A DNA stretch of 64,000 nucleotides from Klebsormidium nitens (taxonomy: Eukaryota; Plantae; Klebsormidiophyceae): NCBI GenBank assembly GCA_000708835.1, contig DF237009.1:193407-257406 (forward strand). Reading direction: 5' to 3'. Under the pieces are notes generated by a model that saw only the letters and a list, made by a program, of their open reading frames with translations, had not been told where the DNA came from and searched no databases. The position numbers and the translations under genes were made by a program. Positions within the stretch are counted from its first letter, which is position 1. Each line of letters starts with the position of its first letter. Positions 33,701 through 46,700 of this stretch are shown here, piece by piece.

Positions 33701-36592
33701 GCGAGACCCGCCGCATCGGCATCGTTCAAAACGACCACAGGGCAACCCGTCGCCTCCTCGAACAGCTTCTGGGCGTTGATGTTAACCCATGTCTTGTCAA
33801 CTGCAACGCGGCGTTGTTTGATTGTCGTTAACGGACTGCGAAGCCGCTTATCAGCACACTAAGCATGTCTCAGCAGGTGAAAAACGTTGTACGGCAATTT
33901 GTTGTTTCCTCGATTTGAGGTGAGCATACGTAAAGCGGGGTCATAATCTCTATTGGTTCGTTTTGGCTGGGGATTCGAACGGCCTCCCAGGTAACATGAG
34001 TTGCTGTCGTTTCGCCAACTGCGACATAGCAAAACTTTAATTGTGCGGATTGTTCCGAATATCAGATTCCAAGTTCAGCTGTGGAGGAAACGAAAAATCG
34101 GCCACGCTCCGTTTCACTCCTCCACCAAAACGTCAAACTTTTGCAGGCTGCCAAAATCGTGCTTCGACAACTTTATACTGCGGATTCCGCCCTTGGAGGG
34201 AACCACACAGTTGACCGAGGGTCGTTTCACTCACTGTTGGCTGCAGTGTAAACGACCCCCCGCCGCACGACTGACGGCACACCAACCCCAATAACGCCCT
34301 TGAACTGCAGATAAGTCCAAAAGCCTGGTCAAGAGGGACGGCATCCCGGAGGGGCGGTCTGAACATGGGCTTCAGAAAAGCAATCGGACGGCATTTCGAA
34401 CAGCAGCTTTGGAAGGCAGTTGGACGGAGACGGTGCAGAAGTGGGTATATTTGAGTGGTAAACGAACTGGTAGGCTCAAACGTACAAAGCAGGCGGGGGT
34501 TTTTGATAAAACATTCAGGACGACGGGTTTGGACGGCGGGTTTGGACGGCGGGTTTAGGCAGTGACTCCGAAGAGCAGGCTATTGGCGGAAGTGGGACGG
34601 CTCTACTGGAGATTAGATATGGATCGAAGAGCGGAAATTGGTTCGAAGACAGAGAAACGGACTTGAGGTTTCAGGCGGCTGTACTAGGAACAACAGGGGC
34701 TTTTGATGGCGGCATTGACTGGGCGGTCGTAGAGGAGGTTTGGCAAAAGATGCTGCTTAACCGGCTCAGAAGGGGGCTTGAAACCGCCTACCTGATCTGC
34801 GGCCTCAGATGTGCGCTCCGGACCGTTCCTTTTCTTTTCTTTTTTCATTTTCTTTTTTCGAACGGACAAAATAGGTACAGCTTCCCAACAGACAATACGA
34901 AATAAGATTCGGGGACAGAGAGGTCTGATACAGGTCGGATAGGCAGGACGGATACCTTTTACTCACGAAGTACAAAGAGAAAACGTGTTCATTATTGTGC
35001 ATCATGCTGGCAGGTCAATTTACGAATGACACGTGCCGGGGTTGCGAGCGGAGATGGAGGGTCGGAAAGGACAGAACGTACCTCGAAGTGCTCGGCCAAC
35101 TGCTTAATCACGCCTGCGATCGCTTCTGGTGTCGCCGGCTGCGGCGTTGGGATGCGGTGTCGCTCCGCCTGCAGCTCGCCAGTAGTGATGTCCACTGGAG
35201 CCGCTTTGACACCGGTCCCGCCAAAGTCGACCCTGCAAGATGGAGAGCGGTTGTTTCAAGCTTTTCTCGTTTTTACCTAAACTGCTAATCTTACTCCTAG
35301 GTTATGTAGATGAAGTCTGTCCAAGATGATCTTTCAATGACTTGAAATCGGATTGCTTCACGTGTCGCCTTTCAAGTAAGTACGTTCTTCAAGGCCTTTA
35401 CACCAATCATGCAAAGTCAAGCTGCCAACTGAAAGGTAGGGCTGGGTTTCGGCTGGTTTGAAGGTAGGTTTAGGGCCACTTTGAAACTCATTCAGAAGGA
35501 TTGAAAGGTTGATAAGCTATCCGTAAGTCAAGTTCAAGGGTTCTTTTTACACAAAGTGTTGTCAACGTCAATGTTGCACGTTTGAGTTGGATTCAGAGTC
35601 GGGTCTAGGGCTGGGTTTGGGGCTCGCTTAGGGCTCGATTACGTCACTCAGAGGTCCAGAACGGCATCTGCTGGCCCCGCGAGAGCTGGAGATGTAGTGA
35701 AAGGTTTGAGGATGCAGTCTGATGAACCCAGAGACAGGAAGAGTCACCCATACGAGCTCAGCAATTGGTGCTTGGATCACAAGTTCCAAAGTCGATCATT
35801 TCCGCCGTGGTCTCAGAAGTAGAGTCTCCCTGCGCTTGCAATGCGTTTGAACGGAATGTTCCTGGGCATCGCTTCGCTCTACAAGGTTGGCAATTTTGGC
35901 GGACACAATGCCAACAAATGCCTCAAAATTCAATTTCTAACCCCTATATGGAGGAACAGCACCGAAGGAGGACGCAAGAACTGCTGAAGAGAGCGAGGAG
36001 AAGGAGATATTTGAGCACTCAGACTTTTGTCGCCAACCCCGAGAATCTGGGAAAACGGCGGGGTGCCTGATAGTTGTGCATTGGCAGAAAGGCCCCTCCC
36101 TGAAAATTGAGATTATGTTTAGATGTGCCTTAATTTTCAAAACCGCGTTCAACATTGTCTTTTCTTGTAACTCTCACTACCCAATCAGATCCTCCATTTG
36201 CAGCTTATGAAAATGCTAGAAAAATGCTAGAAATGCAGAAAAGCTCACCCAAGAAACACATCCCCTTGCAGCGGCACAACATTCTTCAGGTCAATTGACG
36301 TCCTGTCCCCCCACTTCGACGTGCCTGCAATCCCGCACATCTCTTGCGCACGAACCACCATCGAAGGCCTTGACGGTTCCTGTCGTCGCTGAGGTAAGCA
36401 TTCTGCAATGCTGTGCTTGGAGGCTGCAAAGGTGCTGCGGTTGCTACTCAGGCTCCGGGTGCGAACTAGAGACGGAGAGAAGGCGTGCGCAGCGCAATGG
36501 GGGAGGTTTGGTGAGGATTCTACGTGGCAATTTTGCAGCCGGGGAGTTGTTAGGGAGCCCGCCGGCAGGGGGCACCGGCTAACAACACTCAT
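30740..36592 (-). CDS. ppgK: Polyphosphate glucokinase (ROK family) with transit-peptide-like N-terminus
   Basis: Exons 36592-36249, 35232-35082, 34304-34235, 33800-33598, 32704-32540, 31285-31250, 30949-30740; all phases fit. Motifs [83 protein letters not shown]. Confidence 0.92.
31784..32462 (-). repeat. Intronic array of ~6 degenerate copies of the 3' end plus donor site of ppgK exon 5
   Basis: Copies of [16 protein letters not shown]|gtgag at 32405-32462, 32243-32302, 32125-32176, 31979-32034, 31895-31925 and 31784-31826; similarity decays with distance from the exon. Confidence 0.85.
33400..33462 (-). pseudogene. Intronic copy of the 3' end plus donor site of ppgK exon 4
   Basis: [21 protein letters not shown]|gtaagc versus [20 protein letters not shown]|gtaaga. 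Confidence 0.85.
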
Positions 36593-37772
36593 TGCTGTTT
36601 TGCTGCTTCAAGAATTGAATTGGCGAGGAAGTAGCTTCTCAAGCAATCCTTTGACCCCGGCAGCTTGATTTGGGCTGCAAGCAATCTCCCTGCCTTGAAA
36701 TAGACAATTGGTCCCGATTCACACTCCCCGCTTCGCACACAATCTTACTGTAGCAAGCGAGTGGCTCCGAGAAGTTGCTGCTCAAAAGCAATTGCATTAG
36801 ACTGGAGTGCCGACTTGTATAATTGTAACAGCATTTTAGAACCAAGGTCCAACAGGTCCAAGGACCAAGGAGCAAGCTGACTGGACACTGCAGTCTGCAG
36901 TGCACCCACCTGCGTCGAACTCAGAGTCGGCCTGCATGAGAGCTGCGCGTGGTAACGATTTTCGCGCGCAAACTGTTGGTATGAGTACCGTATGCAGGCT
37001 TTCGACCAAGCACCGTTACCATCATGGCACTGCAGCCCGAGGTTCAAGGGGATCCCCTGAAACAGAACGCACAGGCAGATTGCATGCGCTATCATCAATT
37101 TAGCTTGCATCTGAGTTTGGCTAGGGCCCGATATCATGCGCAGTCGAATTCGCTTATTTTTGATTTGTGGGCGTACGTGACTTGACGATCTGTAAACGTC
37201 GATTACGCCGCATCGATGCTTTTCCATGCTCAGCGCGTTCTCGATCGGAGTCCTTAGCGCGCATGTACTACCTGATTGGTGGGAGCAACAATTGACTCTG
37301 TATGCATGCAGCATGCATGTCATGCCAGAAGCCTGATCGATATCCAGCATGCCCTTGATTGCTTGGGCACACATGACGGCATGTGCGGTTCTCCAGCGCG
37401 GTCATATGCTGAGTGCAAGTACAACATACACGTGATATTTGACGGCTGTATGTTTCACGCTAAGAGCAGCACAAGTGAGCGCGCCGTTTTCGTGTACTTT
37501 GTGAAGAAGTAGGCGCTGCTCGTGCTCCTTACTCGCCTTGGCAAGATTATGCCCACACATATTCAATGACATGTTGGCCGTTTCGCATGTGGGAAGATGC
37601 CGCATGCATTCCTGCCCTTCTGCAAATACCATTATGTGCGCAAAACCCCACATTGCTAGCGATGGCCTGGGCAAATCCCGTTGAACAGTCATGAAGCCAC
37701 AGATTGTGGGCTTCTGCCATGCTCTCATCCCAGCATCAAAGCGTCAAACCCTTTACAAATTTCTCGGATCGG

Positions 37773-40700
37773 TCAAAGCTTGAGAGTTGCCAAATCTACC
37801 AGATGCCGCATGGTTGGCCTTCCGTGGGGGCAATTCCAAGGGGCGTCCAAACCTTCCAAGTGGCGCAGTATCTGCGAGGACAAAGGGATAGAGCGAATCG
37901 GTCAGAACCATTTGGAGACCATTCTTAAGCTCTACTGTCGTTATTGCTCGAGTACTGACGATCGACGCTGAATGTGCGGAAGAAGCAGAATGAGAAATGC
38001 TTTCGTCATTGGACGAAAACGAACAGACCTTATGCTTCTTGAGAGCTGCGAGGTTCCGATTGGACGAGAAGCCAAAGGAAGCGGAAACAAACCGAAAGAA
38101 CGAAGAGAGGAGAAGGTTGTGGAAAGAAGAACGACAGAAAGATTGGAATATCGAAGGAACGTAAGTGAAAAAGCAGGAGACTAGGTAAGGAAGGAGCGCA
38201 ACACAGGGAAGGTCTGTCGTCACATCTTCGACATACAAATTCTGGTGGCTGCCTTGACCCTTTCTCAAACTCTCCCTCTGACCATTGAGTCTCCCTCTCT
38301 TCCCCAGGGCTACAGCCGTCGGTTTTACAACCCCGCCAATCACGATTGCTTGGCTACCGTCCTCACCGTCTATCTGACAAAGACAGCACAACTCGTCCGT
38401 ACCTTAACCATCTGCTGCTTGTTGAGCGGATCGCCGATCATGATGGACGAGCGGCACGCGCGTGACGCCAGCATGGTGCGGACGCGCGACGGCCGGACGG
38501 CGTTCGCGGGGCTGCTCCCCCCAGGGCTGTCCGCGGCCTCGATCGGGGCGTCCGCCAGAAGGGACACCAGCTCGTGAACGTCTGCAGGGAAGCGACCGGG
38601 GGACACTTTATTCGTATCCAGGCAGGGGGGTAAGGCTCCAAAAGGGTCACGAGCGCTTGAGCAGCTGTAGAGAAGAGACTCGCGGAAAGATGAAAACCTC
38701 TTGGGTTCAGGCTGAGGAGGAAGGTGGATAAGAGCAGAGACGCAAGCTCGCGCATGTGCCGGAACAGTGACAGGGGGGTTAAAGAGGACGTCGGTCTATA
38801 CATACCGTCCCGGCTCGATTTTTTCCAGACCAGCTCGGAAGCACATCGACTCCTAGCACAGTTGGCAAGGGCGCTCGACTTTCACCGTGAAAACGAGCGA
38901 TCGAAACTCGGTCGGAGCAACTTTACTCCTTTTTCTCACCCCGTGCAGGTCGAACTCACACCGGTTTTCAAATTTCACGTCACGCGGGCAGACTTTCCGT
39001 GCGATAGAATTTCACCGTATGCGGCTGACGTCAGGCGTTACGGGTCACGGGACGCCCTCTTAAAGAGGACGCAAAGGGGGCGAAGGCCAAAAGCAGGGAC
39101 ACAAACGTGCGAAAATCTGTGGAGAAGCGACTTCCACTTAGAAGTAAAAAGCGTCGACTCTTCCAAGGAGCAGGAAGACTTGAGCGGGGACACCAGCTCA
39201 TGAACATCTGCAAAACTTGCGACCGGGGGAGGATGAGTGAGGCGACGGGGGGGAGAGAGAAGCTACTAAATCATCCAGAGGGGGGGGAAGCTAAAGCAGG
39301 GACGCGGGGTAGGGCAGGAATCGTAATTTCACACCGGTGGGGGGAGAAACTATCCTAAACCTGATTTCAAACCTAATTTTAACCGTAGACCCAGATCAAA
39401 CCCGTAGAGCTATTCCTTAAAAGCTACACTTACACCTACACCTACACTTACACCTAAACCTGAACCTGAACCTAGTTCACCCTAAGCCTAAGGCTGAAAT
39501 GCCTTCCACACGTTCTCTCACCGTCGGGCCCGAACGTGATGTTCTTGCTGAAGGGTACTGCCGCGAGCTTGAAGCGCCGCCCGGCGGGCGCGTCCCGAGC
39601 CTCGACCAGCTCGAACCCGTTCCGCCGGAACGCCTGCAGGTGCGGAATCGTGTGTGTGAGAGATGTCTCTCGTTTAAAACAGATTGTCGATGGATTGGCG
39701 AGGAGCAAAAGCTTCCGAAAGATTTAGTGAAGCAAGCAACTCACAAAAATAGGGCTGTGGATGCAGGCCAAGGGCCGAAGAGCCTGCTTGCATTGCTTGA
39801 ATCCCACATCGAAATAGCAGAGCCTGCAAAGAACGTTTACACGGACGTCCAACACCGTGCAGCCCTCAATTCTACTTTTCTTTTTAACATTCTTCACACC
39901 AGAAGTTTCGAGGATGTCAGGAGCACAATCTGATGCATTCGTACCTGCAAGTGCTCCTGGCACGTAACCTCCTCCGCGGCGGTTAGGTCTAACCCGAGCG
40001 GGTTAAGCAGCGGTTGTTTGTTGAGCACGGTGGTCCGCACCAGGCGCTCAAAGTTGAACTTCTCGTCGGAGGCGTGCTGATCGACGATAAACAGGTCGTT
40101 GTCGAGGCGCGCAATGATGAAGCCAAGGTTAAATTGGCCGCACACATCCATTTTGCTGCAAGAAGAAGGTATGCGCATCAAAAGAGTTGTTTAGATCTGC
40201 GTTACGGACGGGATCCTCGTAGGATGCAAGCTGGTTACGATAAACAGGTCGTTGTCGAGGCGTGCAATGATGAAGCCAAGGTTGGACTGTCCGCACATCG
40301 CCATCCGGCCGCAAAAGAGACATATGAAACGTGGGTAAGCGGAGGGGTTAAGTTTCGGGTTTGGGAGCGGCTGTCCTAGGCCCGTTCGCCGCCGGTTATC
40401 TTCTGTACACAGAGAAGGGTGCGCAATGGTCTTGGGGAAGAAAACACCTCAAGGTATGTTTGAAGGGAGACGATAGTAAAAACTGGAAAGGATTCTCATG
40501 GCAAGATCAGCAGTAAGCATCCAATTTTCGGATACCAAGATGTTTTGGCCACATCTGAGGGAAAGGGTCTGTAGATACCCAGGAAGTGATGCCTTGTTCG
40601 TCAAAGGAACAGGTGCGACATTTCACCTGCGTTTCAATCAAAAAATGTATCGCAACACATTGCAGCATAGTCTGATTACAGGATTCAAAGAGGCCGCTCA

Positions 40701-43700
40701 AATTCAGTACAGTTATTCGGAAGCCCGCAAAGCTCAACCAATTCAACTAAAGCAATGCGTTGCTCTAATCTATAGAAATAAGCACATTCGCAATTAGAAT
40801 CTTTGGTTTTAGTAAGCTGCTTATAGAATCAACAAGAATGAATGGATTAAGAGATTCACCCCTTTTCCTTCTCCTAACCTCTTTAGGGCTTGACCAATCA
40901 AAAAAGTAAAATATTTGTTGTATACGGTAGACTGTACTGCCGAAGGGCACCTGAAAGCCACTCACGGGATAGGCATCTTTCTTCGAGCACATCATTGATC
41001 CCAACTCATGGGAAGCCCCCGGCCCCAAACACCAAAACATCAAAGTCAAGAAAAATAATAGGAAGCCGAGATAATAGTAAGGTAACCGCACTGGGACGGG
41101 TAGAGTTAGTTTGGTGATAAGGGTGGGTATGGGTGCGGAGCGGGTGTATTCTTGGGTTAGGGTTTTTAGTGTTTGTCGGAGCTTACTATTATCTTGGCTT
41201 ACTATTATCTTCCTTGAGTTTTATCACCAAATCCAGGATCTTCGGAAAGCCGCAAGGTTCCATATAGAACCCACCAAGCTCCACACCCCACCAACTGACA
41301 AGAACAAAGTACGACAAGAGCGACGACAAAGCTCACCCAAAGTCCTTCTTGTTGAACACCCGCTCCAGCTCATTAGTTGCCGCGTCTAGATCGCCCGCCT
41401 CGGCCCGCCCGAGCGACGCCGCCGCAAACTGCCGCCCCCGCTTCCTTTCTCTCCCCGTTTCTAGTTGCTCCGCCCTCCAGTTCGCCCACCGCTGCCGCAG
41501 TCGGCCCACGTCAAACGCCACCCGCATGTCGTCGCTCGGCGCTTCCCTAGGGCTGTCGGTCCGGACGTCCGGAGAAGGGGTACTGGCGTCCGTAGGGAGG
41601 GGCGAAGCGTCCGGAAGGGATGCACCGACGTCCGGAATGGTTGTACGGCCGCCGGAGAGGTTAGGCCGGACGTCCGCAGAAGGTGGACGAAGATTTCGGG
41701 GGGCCTTTCGGACGTCCGAACCTGGTGTTTGCGCAGCGGTTTCTCCGAGCGAATCCCTTCGGCTCGCGCCAACATCGTGTTCCACTTCGTCTTCTAGCAC
41801 CTCCAAACCTCCTCGCTCGGGTGCGGCTGTTGCCGTCGGAATCCTTTCCCCCGCAGGGGGCTCCGCACTACCCGCCTCCGCCCCCCCCGACCGTCCTCGT
41901 TTGTTTCGCACCAACGCCGTTCCAGTCCGCTCGCTCTTTGCGGATTCGTCCGGTGATCCGTCCGCAGACCCCACACCGTCTGAATCCTCGCTGTCCCTCA
42001 AATCCGGACATGTGTCCGCCGCTCTGCGGACGTCCGGAGGGCCCGCGCTCGGCTTCCCTCGCACAAGGAATCCGCTCAGCGACGCCTGCCGGGGCTTCTT
42101 TCCGGGGGCAGTTTCGGCCGCGAGGGATCCCCCATTCCCCGACTGAGGGATCCCCCAGGGCGCGTGCGCGGCTTTTTCTGGGGCGGCTTTGCCAGCGGCC
42201 GGTACGTTTAAGAAGGCGTCCAGCGGCACCGGCGTCCGAGCGGCGCTCCGGACGCGTCCGAAGTGCGCGGACCTCGTTCCGGCCCCTCGTTCCGGTTCCG
42301 TTCTCTCCTGGGGAGTGTCTTCTTGCTCATCTTCTGACTCGTTTCTTGGGGGCTCTGATTGTGGAGAAGCTCGAGCCCCTTTTCGAGTTTCCTCTCCTGA
42401 AGGAACCTCAGCGCCACTCCCCTCTTCGTCATCTTCAGCATCTCTCCGGTCCTTGTTCCGTCGGCTCCTCGTTCCGTTCCGGCCCCCGATCTCCTCAGCG
42501 GACTCTGATCCCGCCTCCTCGTCTTCCCCTTCTTCCTCTTCCAACGCGTCTGCAAGACTCCGCATCTTTCTCGTTACCCCCCCGTTCGTCTCGTCCCCCG
42601 TTTGCTCTTCAACTCCCGGACTCAGAGCCCGCCGCTTTCTTGCCCCCTGACTCGGTTCCCCCCCGTTCGCTTCCCCTCCCGCCGAAAACGCTTCCAGACT
42701 GCGCTTTGTTCCGTTCTTCCCTTTACCGCGGGTTCCTTCCTCTTCCATTTCTCCACTCCCCCGCCCGTCTCTAGAACTGCGCTTCTCCGCATCCCTAATG
42801 TCCCCATCTTCTTCGCTCCCATCCTCTTCTAAACCCACACTCAGACTGCGCTTCCTTTTCTTTGCATCCCCTGTTTCTCGCCGGGCCCCCCTCCCCTTCT
42901 CCCCCATATTCTCCTCGCTCTCGTTCTCACTCTCCTCGTCCCCCCCCTCTTCTTCGCTGTCGCTACTTTCCGCCGACTCGTCCTCGTCTCCCCCCACGCT
43001 CAGAGTGCGCTTTTTCCCTGCCTTTGCCCCCCCCTTTTCTTTCGCCGGCTGGCTCTCTTGCACGCGGAACACGTACTTGTCCGGAGCGTACAGCTGCTCC
43101 AAGGATGTCCGGAGCGCGGATAAGAGATCCGCCTCCGTGTGCAGAAAGATCTTGCGCTTGTCGGGCGTCACGTTGACGTCATACGAGTCCTGGAAGAAAG
43201 GCACAGGTGGCAAATGAGTAGCGGCCTTCAAGCAATTGTTTCTTAAACGTCTAAGTGCACCAAGGACGTTTGGAGAGTGGAGAGGAGGCCTGCCTCCGTG
43301 TGCAGAAAGATCTTGCGCTTGTGGGGCGTCACGTTGACGTCATACGACTCCCGGAGAAAAGAGAGGCACAGGCGGCCTATCAGTGATGATCTTCGAGAGG
43401 TTTTTCCAGAAGCGTAAAAGTGCTCCAAAGACGTCTGGGGCGCAGATAAGAGGTCCGCCTCCGTCTGCAAGAATTTCATGCGCTTGTCGGGCGTCAAGTT
43501 GACATCATACAAGTCCTTGCCAAGGAGGCAACGAACGGATTCAGGTGCTGGTCTACAAACGGCTGGCTCATGATGAGATCAACCAGTAGATCGTTTCGGA
43601 AGACGGCGAGCCTCAAACAATCATAGGCAAAGCGTGGCAACATTGTCAACGACTTCCCTTCGGAGAAACCAGAAGGGATTGTTCGCGGAAGGGCGGCCCT

Positions 43701-46700
43701 GCTTCCGGAAGAAACGACTTCCAACAATGCGCACGACATTTCGATCCTTCCACGATGGACCACCGAAGAGATGGACACCTAGAGGAGGGTCCTGATTCGC
43801 AGCATGGGCGAAACGATTCGTGGTAGTAGAACAACTACCGGCAATAGACTCAACACTCCCTGATCGCAAAACCAGTTGCAACCTTTGGCTCACCGTGGGC
43901 AGCACAAAATTGAGAACCGCCATCGGGTACTGCAGGCTGTTGAACGCGCGGTATGTCTCGTTGAGCAGCTTCCCGACTTTGGGCATCTCCACGGGGCGCC
44001 CGTTCACGAACAGAAACTGCCGGTCGCCTGACGCGCGGCCGCAGCCCGCGCCGGCCTTGGACACGAACCTGAACGAAGAAATCGACAGGCTCAATTTCGG
44101 GCGACCATGCGCTCACAATTAGGCAATGCGGGACTGGGGTTGCTGTGTCGAATTATGCGTCGATTGTATGAAATTGACCATTTATGTACGAATACTGGCG
44201 GTCGCCCGACGCGCGGCCGCAGCTCGCGCCAGCCTTCGACACGAACCTGCACGTGGACGAGAAAGTGTCAGTCGTATCTGATGAGATAGCTTTGCGAACT
44301 TCGCTCCATCCGACTGCAAAATGAGTCTCTAACATCTACTCTCGCGGCTTAGCCCGCACATTACTTCTCTATGGAAAAAGAAACTCCACACTTACCCACA
44401 ACTTTCGTGGAGGTCCCCGTTCGCACCTCAATGGCTCCAGGTGGCCGCGGGAATCGGCCCAAAGCACAAAAACAGAAGCAATACTTGCAAGGTCGTGAAC
44501 AAGAAGAGCACTAGAAAGGAGCAAGTTCAAATTCGTGATAACTTACTCGAAACCTTTGTGCAAGTCCCAAATCGCAACCTCTACGTGGCCCAAACTTGCG
44601 GCAAATTTAGTTTCGAAGCACACAGAGGAAAGTTGACATTTCAAGCTCTTGGGGGCTGAGAAGCACCAAAATGAGCAAAGCAAAGAAGTCTGCTTCATCT
44701 CACCCGGTGACTTTGTACAAGCCCCGAGCGCCGCGTTTATGGGCTCCAAACTGACGCAAACTTGGTCCCAATCCTTACGACGGAACCGAAGCTTCCAAGC
44801 TCAAACACTAAAACAGCATCAGATTGAGCAATGCCTGAAGTTTTATTTCTTCCACCCAATAGTGTATGCGAGTCCCCGATCGCCACCTCTATGGGCTCCA
44901 GGCTGGCCGCGAACTCAATCTTAGATCCGAAAGATGGAAACTTCCGCTAGGATAAAAGGAAAGGCTTTGTTTTCCTTACCCAGTAACTTTGTGCGAGTCC
45001 CCAATCGCCACCTCAATCGGCTCCAAACTGGAGGCAAACTTGGTCCCGAACACGGTGACAATGTTGTCCCGGACGCTGCGGCCGCCCTGCGTCTGAATGA
45101 CGGTGCTGCGTCCGGCGGACCCAGCTTGGTTTGTGCAGATGAGCCGGACGTCCGTAGAGATCAGAGCGTACGCCTGGAAGCATAAAGAAGGATAACATGA
45201 CTTCGGACGCCCGGCTAATAGTAATCGTGGGAGCAGAAGAAGGAAGATGGTACTGCCTCCGGCGGACCCAGCCTGGTTCGTGCAGATGAGCCGGACGTCC
45301 ATGATGATCAGAGCGTACGCCTGGGAGCAGAATGAAATAACTTCCGGACGTCCGTAGAATGCAAAGCGTAAGCCTGGGAGCATACAAAGAGAGTGGTGGG
45401 GCCAGCGGATCCGGCTTGGTTCGTGCAGATGAGCCGGACGTCAATGGATCTCAAATTGTACGCCTGGGAGATATCAAGCGCTTGCCAAGATTACAGAACA
45501 AAAGAAACTGATCATAGCTTGGGATGGGAGCAAGACTTTCAAAATGCAAAAGCTACACGGTTTTCAAATCGTGTCTGAAATTCTTGCATGATTTCTGACG
45601 CAACCTCGTCAAGCAGCAATATTTTGGAGCAGAAGGTTGGCATGAGACCCGGAACATCCGGATCGATTGAGCGTCCGCCTGAAGGCATAAAAAGGACGAT
45701 ATGAGATCCGGACGTCCGAGGAACCTAAAGGCGTACACCTTCGAGCGGAGCATAAGAAGGATGATCAGATTCGGAAGCCCGTAGAGAATCAGCGTACACC
45801 AGTGAGCATAACAGATGATTTGAGATACAGACGTCCGAAGAGATTGAGGACGACTGAGCTCCTCGCGGAAAAGCACTTGCTCTCGCTCCATACGTTGGGG
45901 TTAGAGCCCAATCGGAATACGTGAGCGCACCTGGAGCAGCGTCAGCAGTTTCCCATACTCGCGCTTGACGTTGCGCGTGAACTCGCGGTGGCGCACCGGC
46001 AGCGGCGAGAAGAGCTTGCCCACCGCCACTGTCGTGCCCACAGCGCGCGCCACCTTGCGCGAGCTCGCCACGCGGCCGTTGCGGTCGAACACGAGCTCCG
46101 TCGCAACGGGCTCCGCAGCAGTCCTGAAAGAATACGGTCTTCGAAATCATCATCCGCGAACCTCGGTGATAAGCAGTAACGCAAAAGCAGGCTTCTGGGC
46201 GAGGTACACACTTGCGGGTAAGGAGTGATGGGGCCCAGTCTGCCAAGGGATTGATGACAAGGAGATTGCAACCGAGTCCTTAGCAATACTGGAAGCGAGA
46301 GTGTCAAGTGAGGCGATGTTGGAAGCTGACTAAGGTTTGTTGTCCTCCATGTACTGCCACTTCCAACACCAAACTGTCAGGAAATGTGTCAAGAAAGTCC
46401 GCCCAAGCAGCCTTGATCTGTGCCACTCAGAAGAACGAGGCCTTCAGGCCTTTCAATATCCCCAAAGTTGCGCAGTGCAGCTCAAGGCATGCGATCAGAC
46501 CCCTGGTCGGACGCCCGTTTTTGAAGACATGCCACAAGCCCCAGACCCAATCATATGCCAAAACGCTTGTATTTGGAGTTCTCATGATCAGAACTTTGAG
46601 TATCCTGAAGAGCTCAAACCGCAAGATAGCTTGCCTCGTTGTGATGGTGACATCAGCAAGCGCACACAGCGAGCTCAGCGCCTCCCCACGGAAGCCAAAT

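Noticed and set aside
36745-37374. 209-aa minus-strand ORF between ppgK and PMS2
   Set aside because: No recognisable domain, non-ATG start, no splice context; at most part of a decayed element.
41349-42774. Long plus-strand ORFs (265 aa, 363 aa) and the minus-strand ORFs over 5781-7605
   Set aside because: Antisense or shifted shadows of GC-rich coding exons (PMS2 linker, DCD-TENT4 linker); no domain motifs or splice support.
44391-45830. Regularly spaced repeats that could be mistaken for a CRISPR array (also 31784-32462)
   Set aside because: Eukaryotic introns, degenerate units derived from the adjacent exon, variable spacing and no cas genes.
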